DNA of 63,425 nt, filler included, from Octopus bimaculoides (Eukaryota), in the NCBI RefSeq assembly GCF_001194135.2. It is 4 parts of 4 records of this genome, joined end to end, with 100 filler letters (N's around TTAATTAATTAA, not from the genome) between each part and the next. Parts side by side here need not be neighbours in the genome. Positions count along the whole stretch, not along the records: positions 1 to 18,945 come from NC_068985.1; 3 more parts are not named here. One strand, written 5' to 3'. Both the position numbers and the translations under genes were made by a program. Under the pieces are notes generated by a model that had not been told where the DNA came from, did no database searches, and worked only from the letters and a program-made list of their open reading frames with translations. Position 1 is the first letter of the stretch, and the number at the start of each line of letters is the position of its first letter. Of the stretch, positions 1 to 11,519 are shown one piece after another.

Positions 1-2109
1 CTATCGCCACCACCAGCGAATGAACTAATTAATTATCATGTGAACTTTGGACATTTATGTCAGCTGATTAGAATATTACTAATGCTTTGGTATCAGGCGA
101 CGAACGAAGTGCAAAACTGTTTGAAATGCACATTTGAAAGGCACTGAAGGACTTACGCATAATTCGTTGTGCAGTATTTTACTTCATGACGAAAACCAAC
201 GTTAACCCAGCGAAGTTTGACCTCAGAAAGTAAAAAGGCGTAAGTACTTCTGAGGTCACTTTTAAATTCGACAATTCATCGTGTGTGCCATCTCTTGCCA
301 TTCAATCAATAAGAGAAACGTGCCCTTACCATCTCACTCTTCGTCTCTCTTCAAGAAGTAGATGCATACGTGATATTCATCAGGTTTATGTTGTATGTTA
401 GTGAGGTTGTTGATAATGTTGTTTAGCTCCAAATTAGACTTGACTGAATAGACCTTAGTCATGCCCATTCTGGATCTCTGTCACATACTGCCCATCGAGA
501 ACTACGTTATCTACTGTGTCCTTCCTTCCTGATGGCGGTAGAGTGCAAGCTATGGCTGCTATTTCTAGTAGGTCTAATGACCGCATAATGGCACCCTCAT
601 TTTGATAAGAGCCACGTGAAGCGGTGATGATCTCAGTCAGCAAGAATAGTTAAACAATTTTGCTTGTTGGTGTCAGTAAGTTTGGGTGCGATCAGAAATG
701 GAACAATCTGATGTTTTAGACTAAGTTATTTCGACGGGATGGTCAGATAATGGCCCGTGGAAGTACATAAGAGCGTGAATATGTTAAATGGTACAGGCAA
801 GAAATAGATGAAGAGGTAATCGCAAGTGAATTAAAGATGTAGAGAGTAAAGTGTGGCAGGGCCAAGAGAATGGTGGGTTTTTTTAATCTTTTAGTCAGGG
901 GAAAAGCAGTGTCCGTGACTTTTTCCAGAGATCTCAAAATTGGTGGGTTGTGTCCTCAAATGAATGATCTAACCCGAATCATTGTATCAGAGTTACGAGC
1001 ATTCAGACATTCTCTAAATCCACATGGGGTCCCGGAAGTTGGCGTTAAAACGTGTGTCAAGATAAATCTACACACCTATGTAGCTTAAAGCAGGATTTGA
1101 ACCCAAAACAAAAAAAACAAAAAAACGCTGGAACAAATGTCACAAAGAATCTGGTTCCACATTGTTAGATCTCCGCCAATTCACCACCCGGAATTGAAAA
1201 ATTTAACGATCTTGAAAGAGTAAAAGGCAAATTTGACCTCGGTGGGATTTGGAGTTAAAACAGAGAATTAGAACAAACACCACAAGGCTTCTTATTCGAC
1301 GAGCTGGCGACTTCTCTCCAATACACCACCGATTGGTGTAAAATACCGAAAGAAGTGCAGAGCTTAGTTAGCGGTGGCTGGTTGGTTTGTGTTGCTGGCA
1401 GATGAGTAGAGCTTGATATGATTTAGTTAAGAAGATAGTTAGTTGGCGTGAGCGATAGTGAAACGAAAACCAAGTGACCGGTTTAGCAGTGTACTGTGAA
1501 TTAATTAGCGATGTGTGGCCTAACATAAATAATATCGCGAGACAAAAGAAATAGCTTAATCATTTGAAATTACACCTAAAAGGAGAAAAAAGTTGAGTTC
1601 GCGTGAATGGAAAGTCTTTTAAAACGGGAAAGAGAGAGTGCTCTGGAATTTAAATTAATTAAAAATTAAATGGAAATAACAAAAAATTCCTCATCAGTTG
1701 CCGACCAAATATCATTATAATTTCAGCACCTTTCAATATTGTTGAGTTTGGTGGTGTCAGCAACAAAAGTTGCTGAGATTTAAATGAGAAGACATGGAAG
1801 GTGAATAAGAAGAGGAAAAACTGAGATGAATAGAATTACAAGAAAAGATGAGGTGGTCTGTAGATTGAACGGTAAAAAAATGGATTATGAGAGCAGGAAA
1901 AATATATAACGAAAAGCAAAGGATTTGAAGGTAGACGTTCCAAACATGAGTATCCAATCTTATTTTCAGGTATAGTGCATCTACGACTACATTGATATGT
2001 TTTAGGGTGTTACATGAGGAAGATTTGCTTCTTATGATTTTCTAGTTGTAGCTGCCTTGTTGACTCGTCGTTGCTTATGTTGTTGTTGTTCATAAACTAA
2101 CCCCCCTCA

Positions 2110-2161
2110 ACCACTGCAACAACAACAACAACAGCAACAACAACTACTACTGCTGCTGCTG

Positions 2162-2206
<45 letters not shown>

Positions 2207-2335
2207 GCGGTAGTAGCAGTAAAATCTTAACTATAATTGTGGCCACCACCATCACTGCTATCACCATTGGCATCGCTACCGCCACCGCCGTCGTCGTCAT
2301 CTTCATCATCATCATCATCATCATCATTATCAGCA
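2110..2335. repeat. Compound trinucleotide microsatellite (CAA, CTA, CTG, CAT)
   Basis: Directly visible. Similar tracts at 23830-24064, 24640-24860, 30815-30920, 32485-32655, 33325-33490, 54900-55400. Di/tetranucleotide tracts (TA, CA, GA, TCTA) border almost every N-gap. Confidence 0.95.
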
Positions 2336-2817
2336 TCAATTGGATTTCAACACTTGATGCTTATTTTCAGATCCTATATTGCCAGTCAGATAAGAGACAG
2401 GACGGTTTCTGGATAGGAGAGCAGATTATCTCTTTGTGATATCTAGCTAAACTGGATTACAGTCGTTTTACAAAAAGTACTCTCTATGACTCAAACACCA
2501 CTTAGTAGGAGCAAATCAGAATCTCCTCCAATGGTACAGGAAGCACGAATTGTAGTCTCTCGACCTACCAAATTCCCTTCAAGAATCTATGTGTCACTTT
2601 TCAAAATGGAAGTCATCATTATTTAGTTTCTAAACCTTAAGACGGCATGCTACTTACAATAATTACAGTATCATCATTGCGGGAATGTTGTATAGTATAA
2701 AAAGTGTTTTGATACAATTCTTTGTTTTAAGGCTTTAGGCACAAAGCTTGCAATTTTATGGAGAGTAGGCTAGTCTTTTACATCGAGCCTAGTGCTCGAC
2801 TGGTTCTTGTTTTATCG

Positions 2818-2850
<33 letters not shown>

Positions 2851-3223
2851 NNNNNNNNNNNNNNNNNNNNNNNNNNNNNNNNNNNNNNNNNNNNNNNNNN
2901 NNNNNNNNNNNNNNNNNNNNNNNNNNNNNNNNNNNNNNNNNNNNNNNNNNNNNNNNNNNNNNNNNNNNNNNNNNNNNNNNNNNNNNNNNNNNNNNNNNNN
3001 NNNNNNNNNNNNNNNNNNNNNNNNNNNNNNNNNNNNNNNNNNNNNNNNNNNNNNNNNNNNNNNNNNNNNNNNNNNNNNNNNNNNNNNNNNNNNNNNNNNN
3101 NNNNNNNNNNNNNNNNNNNNNNNNNNNNNNTTATACCTTAATTATTTTTTTTACAAAAAAAAAGAAGCATGTTTTAATTTTAAAAATGGTGCGAGAATAC
3201 TTTAATAATATTTACAGATCCTA

Positions 3224-3592
3224 AGGCGGCGAGTTGGCAGAAACGCTGGGCGAAATACTTAGTGGTATTTCGACTGCCGCTACGTTCTGAGTTCAAATTC
3301 CGCCACACTCGACTTTGCCTTTCATCCTTTCGGGGTCGATAAATTAAATACCAGTTACGCACTGGGGTCAATTTAATCGACTTAATCCCTTTGTCTGTCC
3401 TTGTTTGTCCCCTCTGTGTGTAGCCCCTTGTGGGCAGTAAAGATATAAGAAACGTTAGCACGCCGGGCGAAATGCTAAGTGGTATTTCGTCTTTACGTTC
3501 TGATTTCAAATTCTGCCGAGATCGACTTTTTCTTTCAGCCTTTCGGAGTCGATCAATTAAATTACGGGCCTTGTGCCTAGAGTAGAAAAGAA
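3224..3592 (+). mobile_element. tRNA-derived SINE, family 1 (GGCGGCGAGCTGGCAGAA head), dimeric copy
   Basis: Head ggcggcgagttggcagaa, B-box-like gagttcaaattccgcc, body tttcatcctttcggggtcgataaattaa; a second head/body repeat starts ~3450. The same sequence recurs many times in the window. Confidence 0.85.
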
Positions 3593-3689
3593 AATTTGCA
3601 GATCCTACTATCATTTTCTGGAACACATCTATATCTAGCCTTATAAGTAACCTATTGATGTCTTTACATAAGTGGTGGTCCGTCATTCT

Positions 3690-4480
3690 AGCTGTATCAT
3701 TTGCATATGAGGTGATAAATACTTTTCGTAACTGTTCAGAACCGCTAAAGCGACTTTTAAAATGCTTAGTTGCATTTGTTTTTGGCTTTTTACATTACAT
3801 TTTATGTTCATATACCGCAGAGATCAACTCCGCCTTTCCTTGATAAAATTTATCCGTAGAGCCTTTTCCTCTGTTACTAAAGTCATTCATTTTGTTTCTT
3901 CCTTTATACTTTTTCCTTCAGTCATAGCCATCTGTCCTTGTCATTCCTTATGTCTTTTGTCTTTTCTGAAAAGCCCAAAGTGAAGCTTCTTTCCTTTAAT
4001 AGCTTGATTTTTTTCTTCGCCATATTTTACTTTTTGAGTTCTCTTTTGAGTTCTGCACATTCTGTACATAGTCCTTCACTTATTAATCCCTTAAGAAGTA
4101 TTTCTTCATGATCTTTTTGATAATAATATAAACTTGTCTTCTCTAGATCTACTACTTCCATCAACATTCATTAAGCGTATTTATCCTACTCTTTCCCAGC
4201 ATGACTGGTCCACATCAGATGGGAGATTCATACGTCAGCACACTTTGAGCTACTGCTTCGTTTTTCTAACGGTATCCTTTAGCTCATCTTTTTTCCATTC
4301 AATAATTCCTCCTCCATACCTTATGACACATACTTCTCTCAGGCTGAGTGTTTGTATGATGTCTTCTGTATCCAATATGGTTTTTATTCTATGAAAATAT
4401 CTTTCTGCCTTCATTTCGATATTTTTGATCTTGTTATATTCTAGTATTTCTAGATATTTATGTGTCTTCTGCTTTCAATG
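3690..4480 (-). pseudogene. Decayed R4/Dong-like non-LTR retrotransposon fragment (RT C-terminal region)
   Basis: Minus strand 4274-4327 reads VIRYGGGIIEWKKDELKD, the post-RT motif typical of R4/Dong-group elements; flanking frames are broken by stops and frameshifts. Confidence 0.65.
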
Positions 4481-4494
4481 ATTTTGTATTCTTA

Positions 4495-4810
4495 GATCAA
4501 GATAAACATCGCATGACCTAGCAGGTGGGACCCAGTCAAAATTTTCTTCAAGTCGAGAAGCCCATCCTGCTCAAAAGGTCCCTGTATAATGGTTATTTAA
4601 GGGTGATGAAAGAAGCACCCATGTTTCCGGAGGTAAATTATTCAAATCCCAAAGAATTCCTCTCAATATATGGCTATGATACTCCACAACTACTCCTGCT
4701 TATGACCAGTGATGCACATATAGTCAGCCACTAAGAGACATGCTCAACTGGTTAAGGTCAAGAATCTGCTAGAAAATCTGGTGTTGAGCAGAATATTTGT
4801 TGTAGCTCTT
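4495..4810 (-). repeat. Partial copy of the ~530-bp interspersed repeat also at 13400-13930
   Basis: Reverse complement matches 13480-13790 (e.g. gaattcctctcaata, catgctcaactggttaaggtcaa, tcaagataaaca..gcatgacc). Confidence 0.75.
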
Positions 4811-4849
4811 CTTTTGGACGCTAATTTAGTTTGCTTGTATTTTATGGCA

Positions 4850-5520
4850 ATGTTTCTTAATATAGTCTTCTTACATTTCAAGAATCTTCCTTGGGATTCC
4901 TGTAGACACAGGAGGGTAATTTTCTGCAGGCTGATTATGCAAATTTCTGTTCCAATTCACCTTTAGTCTTTCATATCGTATTTTGAGTCTTGTGCCAAGT
5001 TCCCCAAATACTAAAGGAATAATTGTTGCTTTTGTAATCCACACTTTCCTCAGCTCTCTGGCGAGAGCCCGATATTTCTCATTTTTTCAATTTCTTTGTT
5101 TTCGACTCTGTTATCATAGGGAATTGTAAGATCTATGATCATACACTGATTGTTTATTTTGTCCTCTGTGATCATATCTGGTCTTCTTGATTCAGTAGTT
5201 TGGTCAGTCTTTATGAGGTATCCCACAAGATCTTCCAATTATCTTTTTCCAGCATAGCCTCTGGTTCATGCTCATACCACTTTTCTGTTGTTTTGAAGCC
5301 ACACACTCGATAAACAACCCAATGCATTCTTTTGCCGACACGATCATGTTTGCAGTTATACTCTTTTTATGCTAGTATACTACACTCACTTTAAAAGGGG
5401 ACTGATATTTCGTCTCCTTTCTTGCAGGTTCTATATCTCCTGTCTGACTGAGTTTTGTCGATCTTTGTATTTATCAAAATTGTTCTAAGGACTTGTTCCT
5501 GAACGGCTGCGTATCTTTCC
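4850..5520 (-). pseudogene. R4/Dong-like LINE 3' fragment: CCHC knuckle region plus restriction-like endonuclease (RLE)
   Basis: Minus strand reads AAVQEQVLRT...HDRVGKRMHW...WYEHEP; ORF 5050-5238 contains RRPDMI...CMIIDLTIPYDNRVENKEIEK (PD-D-K RLE motif). Confidence 0.85.
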
Positions 5521-6010
5521 TGCATTCGTTCTAGGGAGTAGAGTCTTCGCTGAAATTGCTTTGAGTTTCGTCGATAATTTTACACTGTGTGATGACCATA
5601 GTCGGGAGCAGTAATCTAAGCGGCGTAGAACAAATGTCCTCTAGAAGACTACCATGGTTTCCTGTTCTCTCGTTTTGAAAGTTTGAAGGCTCCATCCGGC
5701 CAATCGTCTGCATTTTTTGCCAACTTAGTAATGTGCACCTGGAATGATGCAGCATTATTCATGTCGATGCCCTGGTCGCACACAGATTTTGGTTCAGGGA
5801 TCGCAATCCCTCCTGGGCCAATGTATCCTGTTTGATTTTCATTGAGCTTTTTGTGTTGGAAGAGCAGGGCTTGGAATTTTTCAGCATTAAACTACATGTT
5901 ATTTTCCTCAGACCACCTGTATATTGCACCCAGCTCTCGCTTCAGATGCACAACGTCTTCAGGGTACTGTACTCTCTAAGAGAATTTTGTGTCATTTAGA
6001 CAGCTAGCAA
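5520..6010 (-). pseudogene. CR1/L2-type LINE reverse transcriptase C-terminal fragment
   Basis: Minus strand with stops/frameshifts: NDTK (degenerate YADDTK), AIYRWSEENNM*FNAEKFQAL, YIGPGG, FQVHI, RLAGW..TF, RLDYCSRLWS; this motif order is that of CR1-group RT/thumb. Confidence 0.75.
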
Positions 6011-6029
6011 AGATGCATATACCTTCTAT

Positions 6030-7190
6030 AACAATAAACACATCATTAAGAATCATCTGAAGCCCGATGTAGGTAGTAATATGAACAATAAACCTCATAG
6101 TAATTATAATAAGAATAAAATATGGTTAATAATTCCCTATAGGATGAAGGTTAAAACTAACATTATTAAAGATTTTGAATATAGTTATGAAATTTATTAA
6201 AGACAATGATAAATATAAGGACATATTTTCTAGCAATAAATTTGGAGTTGGTTATTCTACCACTAATAATGTTGGCAATATCATTTCATCCTTTAATAAA
6301 TTTAAATTAAATAAGTTTTACAATAATAAATTAAGTAATACCTCCAATGGAGACCAGAACACGATTGTAATTGCAGAGATAAGACTAAATGTAAATTTAA
6401 TAATAAATGTAATGTTGAGGACGTAGTATATAAATGTATAGTGATTTTGAATGATAATAATAATAGTAATAATGATAACATAAATACTACTTATATAGGA
6501 TCGACTTCCAATAAAATTAAATCATGGGTGGCCCAACATATGAATTCTTTTAAGAACAGAAATTTAATGAATTTTACGGGCCTTTGTAAATACATTTAGG
6601 AACTTAAATCTAAAAGAATAAAATACGATTTAAAATGGGAAATAGTTTGTAAGGCTAAATCGTAGAGAATAGGGAGTAAATTCTGCTTATTATGTACAAA
6701 CGAATTTAAAGAGATATTATTAACTGATAAAAAATTGTTTAACTCCCAAGATGAACATAATGTTAAATGTAGACATAAATTAAATTACTTATATAATAAG
6801 TTTAGATAAAATATTTATTTATTTAAACACATGAAAAGTTACCAATTTATAGTTGGTGACTTTATAGTCTTTTACTTAGCGATTACATTACAGGTTTTGT
6901 TTCTTTATATATATTTTTTTATTCCTTATATTTATTCCTTATCATATTATGCGGTATGTTAAACTTTTAGGTTTTTGGATTTTTGTAGGAATTTGATCTG
7001 AGGAGTGACTGCTTTTAGGAGTAAAATCATTATTCCATTTTAATGAACTTGGATATGGTTTTCTTATATGGTCCTAATATATAATATAATATAATTTTAT
7101 ATGGTCCTAATTCAGCCATGAAACGCGCGTAGTCGATGTACAGGTACTTACGTTTATACACTATATTACTGTATTAATTTTTATTGTTCA
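6030..7190 (+). pseudogene. Penelope-like element (PLE) 3' fragment: linker, GIY-YIG endonuclease and 3' terminal repeat
   Basis: Reads VKTNI, DIFSSNKFGVGYSTTNN, CNCRDKTKC..KCNVEDVVYKC, TYIGST, KWEIV, CLLC, KCRHK with stops and frameshifts; followed by a hammerhead motif at 6991-7138. Confidence 0.85.
6991..7138 (+). ncRNA. Type I hammerhead ribozyme-like motif (PLE-associated, partly degenerate)
   Basis: CTGAGGA 6998-7004; stem II GTGACTG 7005-7011 / CAGCCAT 7113-7119; GAAA 7120-7123; palindromic stem III ACGCGCGT 7123-7130; H17=A 7131; stem I TTGAT / GTCGA. Confidence 0.65.
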
Positions 7191-7293
7191 ATTTATACTT
7201 TATTTGATTTTTAGATTAATATTTTTATGATGAATATTTCTTTGTATGGTATTCGCTGTTATTTTAAAATTATTTGCTCTTATATATTATATG

Positions 7294-7356
<63 letters not shown>

Positions 7357-7362
<6 letters not shown>

Positions 7363-7590
7363 TGCCAGCATCATGATCGTAAGATTGTGGTTTCGATTCC
7401 TGGACCAGGCGACGCGTTGTGTTTTTGAGCAAAACACTTCATTTCACGTTGTTCCAGTCCACTCAGCTGGCGAAAATGAGTAACGCTGCGATGGACTGGC
7501 GTCCCGTCCAGCTGGGGAACACAGCCACCATTGAAACCGGGCCCATGTGCCTGGCTAGGCTTTAAAAGGGCGCATTTATTATTTTTTTTT
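7357..7590 (+). mobile_element. tRNA-derived SINE, family 3 (CORE-like middle), 5'-truncated
   Basis: B-box gtttcgattcc, then gttgtgtttttgagcaaaacacttcatttcac..ccagtccactcagctgg; the head matches minus-strand copies at 10970-11055 and 50845-50915. Confidence 0.75.
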
Positions 7591-7596
7591 ATTTAG

Positions 7597-8630
7597 TTGC
7601 ATACATATAATGTCGGGTTCAAATCCTGTTGATCTCGTCGTCTCTGCTGTACCTCACAGCGGTGTGTTTGTCTGTGAAGTATTAGGGTTTTGCTTTCACT
7701 ATTTTGTTGCATACATATCAATGCCAGGTTCAAATCCCGCTGTTCTCGACGTTTCTGTTCTACATCACGGCGGTACATATATCTGTTAATTATTTGGGAT
7801 TTGTTTGCAGTATTTTCTTGCATGAATATAAATGTCGGGTTCAAAACCCACTCATCCCAGTGTCTCTGTTCAAGCTCCCGGGGTGGGGGTTAATGTAAGA
7901 AGTATTTGGGGTTTGCTTGCAGTATTTTGTAGGGTATGTTTAAACACTGAGTTCCAATCCCGCTGGTCTCAGTGATGTCTTTTACCTCACAGGGGTGTGT
8001 TTGTGTGAGAAGTATTTGTTGCATACATATAAATGTCGGGTTCAAATCCTGCTGGTCTCGACGTCTCCGTTGTACACCCCGGGGTGTGTTTGTCTGCGAA
8101 GAATTGGAGGTTTACTTGCAGTATTTTGTTGCATACATATAAATGCCAGGTTCAAATCCCGCTAGCCCCAGAAACATGTTTCTACCTCACGGGGGTGTGT
8201 TTGTATGAGAAGCATTGGGGGGTTTGCCTGCAGTATTTTTGTTGCATACGTTTAAATGCCAAGTTCAAATCCCGCTGGTTTCGACGTCTCTCTTCTATCT
8301 CCCGGGGATGTGTCTGTCTGTAAAGTACTGGGGATTTGCTTGCAATATTTTGTTGAATACATATAAATGTAGAGTTCAAATCCCACTTATCCCAGTGTCT
8401 CTGTTCTAGTTCCAGTGGGTGTGTTTGTTCTTGAAGAAGGTGGGGGGGATTGCTTTCAGTGTTTTGTTGCATATGCTTAAATGCCAGGTTCAAATCCTGC
8501 TAGTCCTAGTGACTGTGTTCAACTTCTCGGGCGTGTGTTCGTCTGTGAATATGTGTGTCTCTGCTTGTAATATTTCGTTGAATACGTTTAAATGTTGTAT
8601 TCAAGCGCCGCTGGTCTCTACTTTGCTCAT
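7597..8630 (+). repeat. Tandem array of 10 x ~111-bp units, most with a B-box (GTTCAAATCC)
   Basis: B-box-like motif starts at 7617, 7728, 7839, 7951, 8040, 8150, 8263, 8374, 8488 and ~8599 (spacing 110-114 bp, one 89-bp unit). Confidence 0.95.
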
Positions 8631-8924
8631 CAATCTTCTGGCGATGGTTGTATGTGTGTGTTGTATACCGGTTTATAGATTGTGCCCCTCTTGAAATGTG
8701 AGCCATTGTGCTTAACTTAAAATCAATAATTATCAAGAAAGGAATGGATCGAAATGGGCGCCAAAACACAGGGCTAAACACACCAAAACGTTCTCACCTT
8801 GTCATATGAAAAGGATGTGCAATGAGAGTACCATACAAGCGATCTGGCGAATACTGAGGAAAGTATTAGAAAAAACGTCCTGTGTTTCTAATGACACAGA
8901 CTTAATAAGATTTATTGCAGTGAT

Positions 8925-9195
8925 CTATATCATTACGTCAACAGTATTCGAAAATAATTGTTCGTAAACAATTATTCGAAAAACATTTATTCGAATGGAA
9001 AATTGTATGAATGAAAATTATTTAAAAGGAATATTATACGAAATGTTAATTATTCTTAATTTTTTTATTTTACTTAAAGAAAAACGATAAAATGAAAAAC
9101 CAAGTACGCAAGTGATATTTATTTCGAATAACTGCTTTTCGAATAATTGTATTCGAACAATTGTTTTCGAACAATTTTCATGATACGCAGATACT
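8925..9195. mobile_element. MITE-like element with ~60-bp imperfect inverted arms built of ~15-bp TTCGAA subrepeats
   Basis: Left arm cagtattcgaaaataattgttcgtaaacaattattcgaaaaacatttattcgaa (8942-8995) matches the reverse complement of right arm tttcgaataactgcttttcgaataattgtattcgaacaattgttttcgaacaattttc (9122-9179). Confidence 0.7.
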
Positions 9196-9294
9196 ACAAA
9201 AAAAGTCTATAAAAATCGCCTTGTTGTTTCAAAAATGAAAAAAAAAACCCAGAAAGATATAATTTATTAGAAATTATTATTCATTATATTCTTG

Positions 9295-9460
9295 CAGCTT
9301 TTACGTTCTGAGTTCAAATTCCGCCGAGGTAGACGTTGCCTTTCATCCTTTCAGTATCAATAAAATGACGTACCTGTCAAGTACAGAGACCGGATAAACA
9401 GACATGTCTCCTCTCCTTAAAACTGCTGGCCTTGTGCCAAGATTACAAAAAAATTATTAA
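9295..9460 (+). mobile_element. SINE family 1, truncated
   Basis: acgttctgagttcaaattccgccgaggtagacgttgcctttcatcc...ggccttgtgcc. Confidence 0.75.
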
Positions 9461-9960
9461 TTGTAATAATTAAACCTATTATTACTATGAGTATGCTTGA
9501 GGCTCTGTTGCAACAACTCGCTAAAATACCTTTCTACAGTCAGCCAATGGCTTCTTCAAAGTGATGATATTTAATATTGTCCTTGAATATATTGCAAGGG
9601 CAGAAAAGCTATTTATAATTGTTATTTCTCCGACACATTCGTATTAATGATGTATGCTGTCATTATGTTGATTAAGTATTTTTATAATAGCGTTTCGCAT
9701 TGTACAATGGATCGATCTGTCGACATCAGCCATATTGTACAGGACTTTGGGACGGTTTTGTGTAGTATTCTATGAGGGAAAAGGTTGTTAGCACCTGGCT
9801 CACACTCTATCTTTCGTGAATGAAAGGGATACTACGAGTGGATGTCCATAACGACTCTTTCACGGAGAAGAAGAGGAGAGAGAGAGAGAAGTTGTGTGTG
9901 TTTGTGTGTGTGTTTGTGTGTAAGAAAGTGAGAGGCAGAGATAGAGAGAACGTGTGTGCA

Positions 9961-10011
<51 letters not shown>

Positions 10012-10755
10012 AGAGAGAGAGAGAAAGAGAGAGAGAGAGAGTCATTCTCTGTACTAGAATGTAGATGATACCAAATCTGGAAAAGGCAAGTTGACCTCAG
10101 CGTAATTTGAACTCAAAATGCAAGGTGCTGGAGCGACTCTCAGAAGATAGTAGTATGAAGCTCTGATGTAACGAATCTGTCACTCGACTGCCATATTAAT
10201 TACGTGTACAGTAACAATTTTTCTAATTAGAATTTTTTAAATAAACTTCACTAAAATTAGGCATCAAATAATGCATGTCTGATCTGAAGCATTACCTTTG
10301 CTAGTACAGCTGTAGTAAGCTATGATTTGACACAGTTTGTCTGTTTTCCATATGACACACTCCTAAATATATACTGTAACAGGATCTTGTAAATCTAAAC
10401 AATGGCCCCACACATCAGAGTTAACTAACTCTCGTCAGCTAAACGATAGAAACATACTTAATTGCTTCATTGCAAAACAAGACTGATCAATCTTCAATAT
10501 CATTGAGTTTGACCGACCAACAAATGCTGTTTGTCTAGTTGGACAAGTTTAAACTCAATCGAATTGCTGTATTCTCTAACAAACTGCGGTTCTATTTGGC
10601 ATAACACAGATACAAAAGAGCAGAATATTTAACTTTTCCTCACTATTTCCTCAGTCTTAAATCATTTTTCACAGATTCTAGTCAAATATCGTCTTCATCA
10701 TATCTTTCGAAGCCTCTTAAAAGTATACCTGTAAAATCCTCAGAATGTTATTTGC

Positions 10756-10791
<36 letters not shown>

Positions 10792-10969
10792 TTTTTTCCG
10801 CGATCCTTTTTGATCGAAATTATCCCCCCCCTCCTTCCCCCCAAAGAAAAGCTCTACATTGTATTTTGTCCATTTTCTGTATTTAGCCTTGTGTGGCTAT
10901 AATAAAAAGATATCTGTCTATCTATCTATCTACCTACATATCTATCTATCTATTTCTTTTTTTTTCTCT

Positions 10970-11055
10970 TTCACACAACCCCCGGTCTGGGAATCGAAAC
11001 TGCGATCCTCCGACCGCGAGTCCGCTACCCTAACCACTGAGCCATTTCGCTTCCA
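10970..11055 (-). mobile_element. SINE family 3 tRNA-like head
   Basis: Reverse complement has A-box TGGCTCAGTGG and B-box GTTTCGATTCC; no complete tRNA cloverleaf. Confidence 0.75.
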
Positions 11056-11519
11056 CGCGTACATACTTCACCACATCAGAATGTAATGTAATATCAATGT
11101 TCTATGATGGTGATGATGATGATGATGATGCTGTTATTGTTGTTGTGGGTGATGATGATAATGATGATGATTATGATGACTATCCTTGCCCTGAAGGTGT
11201 GGATTCCTATGATAAACTATACTTCACAGTCTCAAAAATAACAAACAGTCGAACAGGAACGCGCAAATTTACCCCGTTTAGTGAAAGAAATTACGAGTAT
11301 ATATATATAAAAATATACATAACTACATATACATACATTTGAGTGTGTGTGTGTGTGTATGTGTGCGTGTGTGCATCGGTGTACATGAGCATACAGAAAA
11401 GTCCAAAAATTCGGTGGAATAAAGTAGCAAAATGATATTTCTGTCAAGAATCTCAAATCTAAGATCATAACTTCTCCCTAAAATCTCTTACTTCCTTAAT
11501 TAGGTATAAATTCAGTCAT

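Noticed and set aside
7597-8630. CRISPR-like or tRNA-gene-cluster reading of the 111-bp array
   Set aside because: The whole unit is homologous between copies (no unique spacers), there are no cas genes, the context is eukaryotic, and units lack an A-box and cloverleaf.
10502-10559. Imperfect hairpin ATTGAGTTT...AAACTCAAT (miRNA-like size)
   Set aside because: Large internal bulges and only ~16 paired bases; expected by chance in AT-rich DNA without small-RNA evidence.
10640-10760. Strong-looking splice acceptor (tttttcacag) followed by a short Ser-rich frame
   Set aside because: No convincing donor and no recognisable peptide; such acceptor-like motifs are frequent in pyrimidine-rich DNA.
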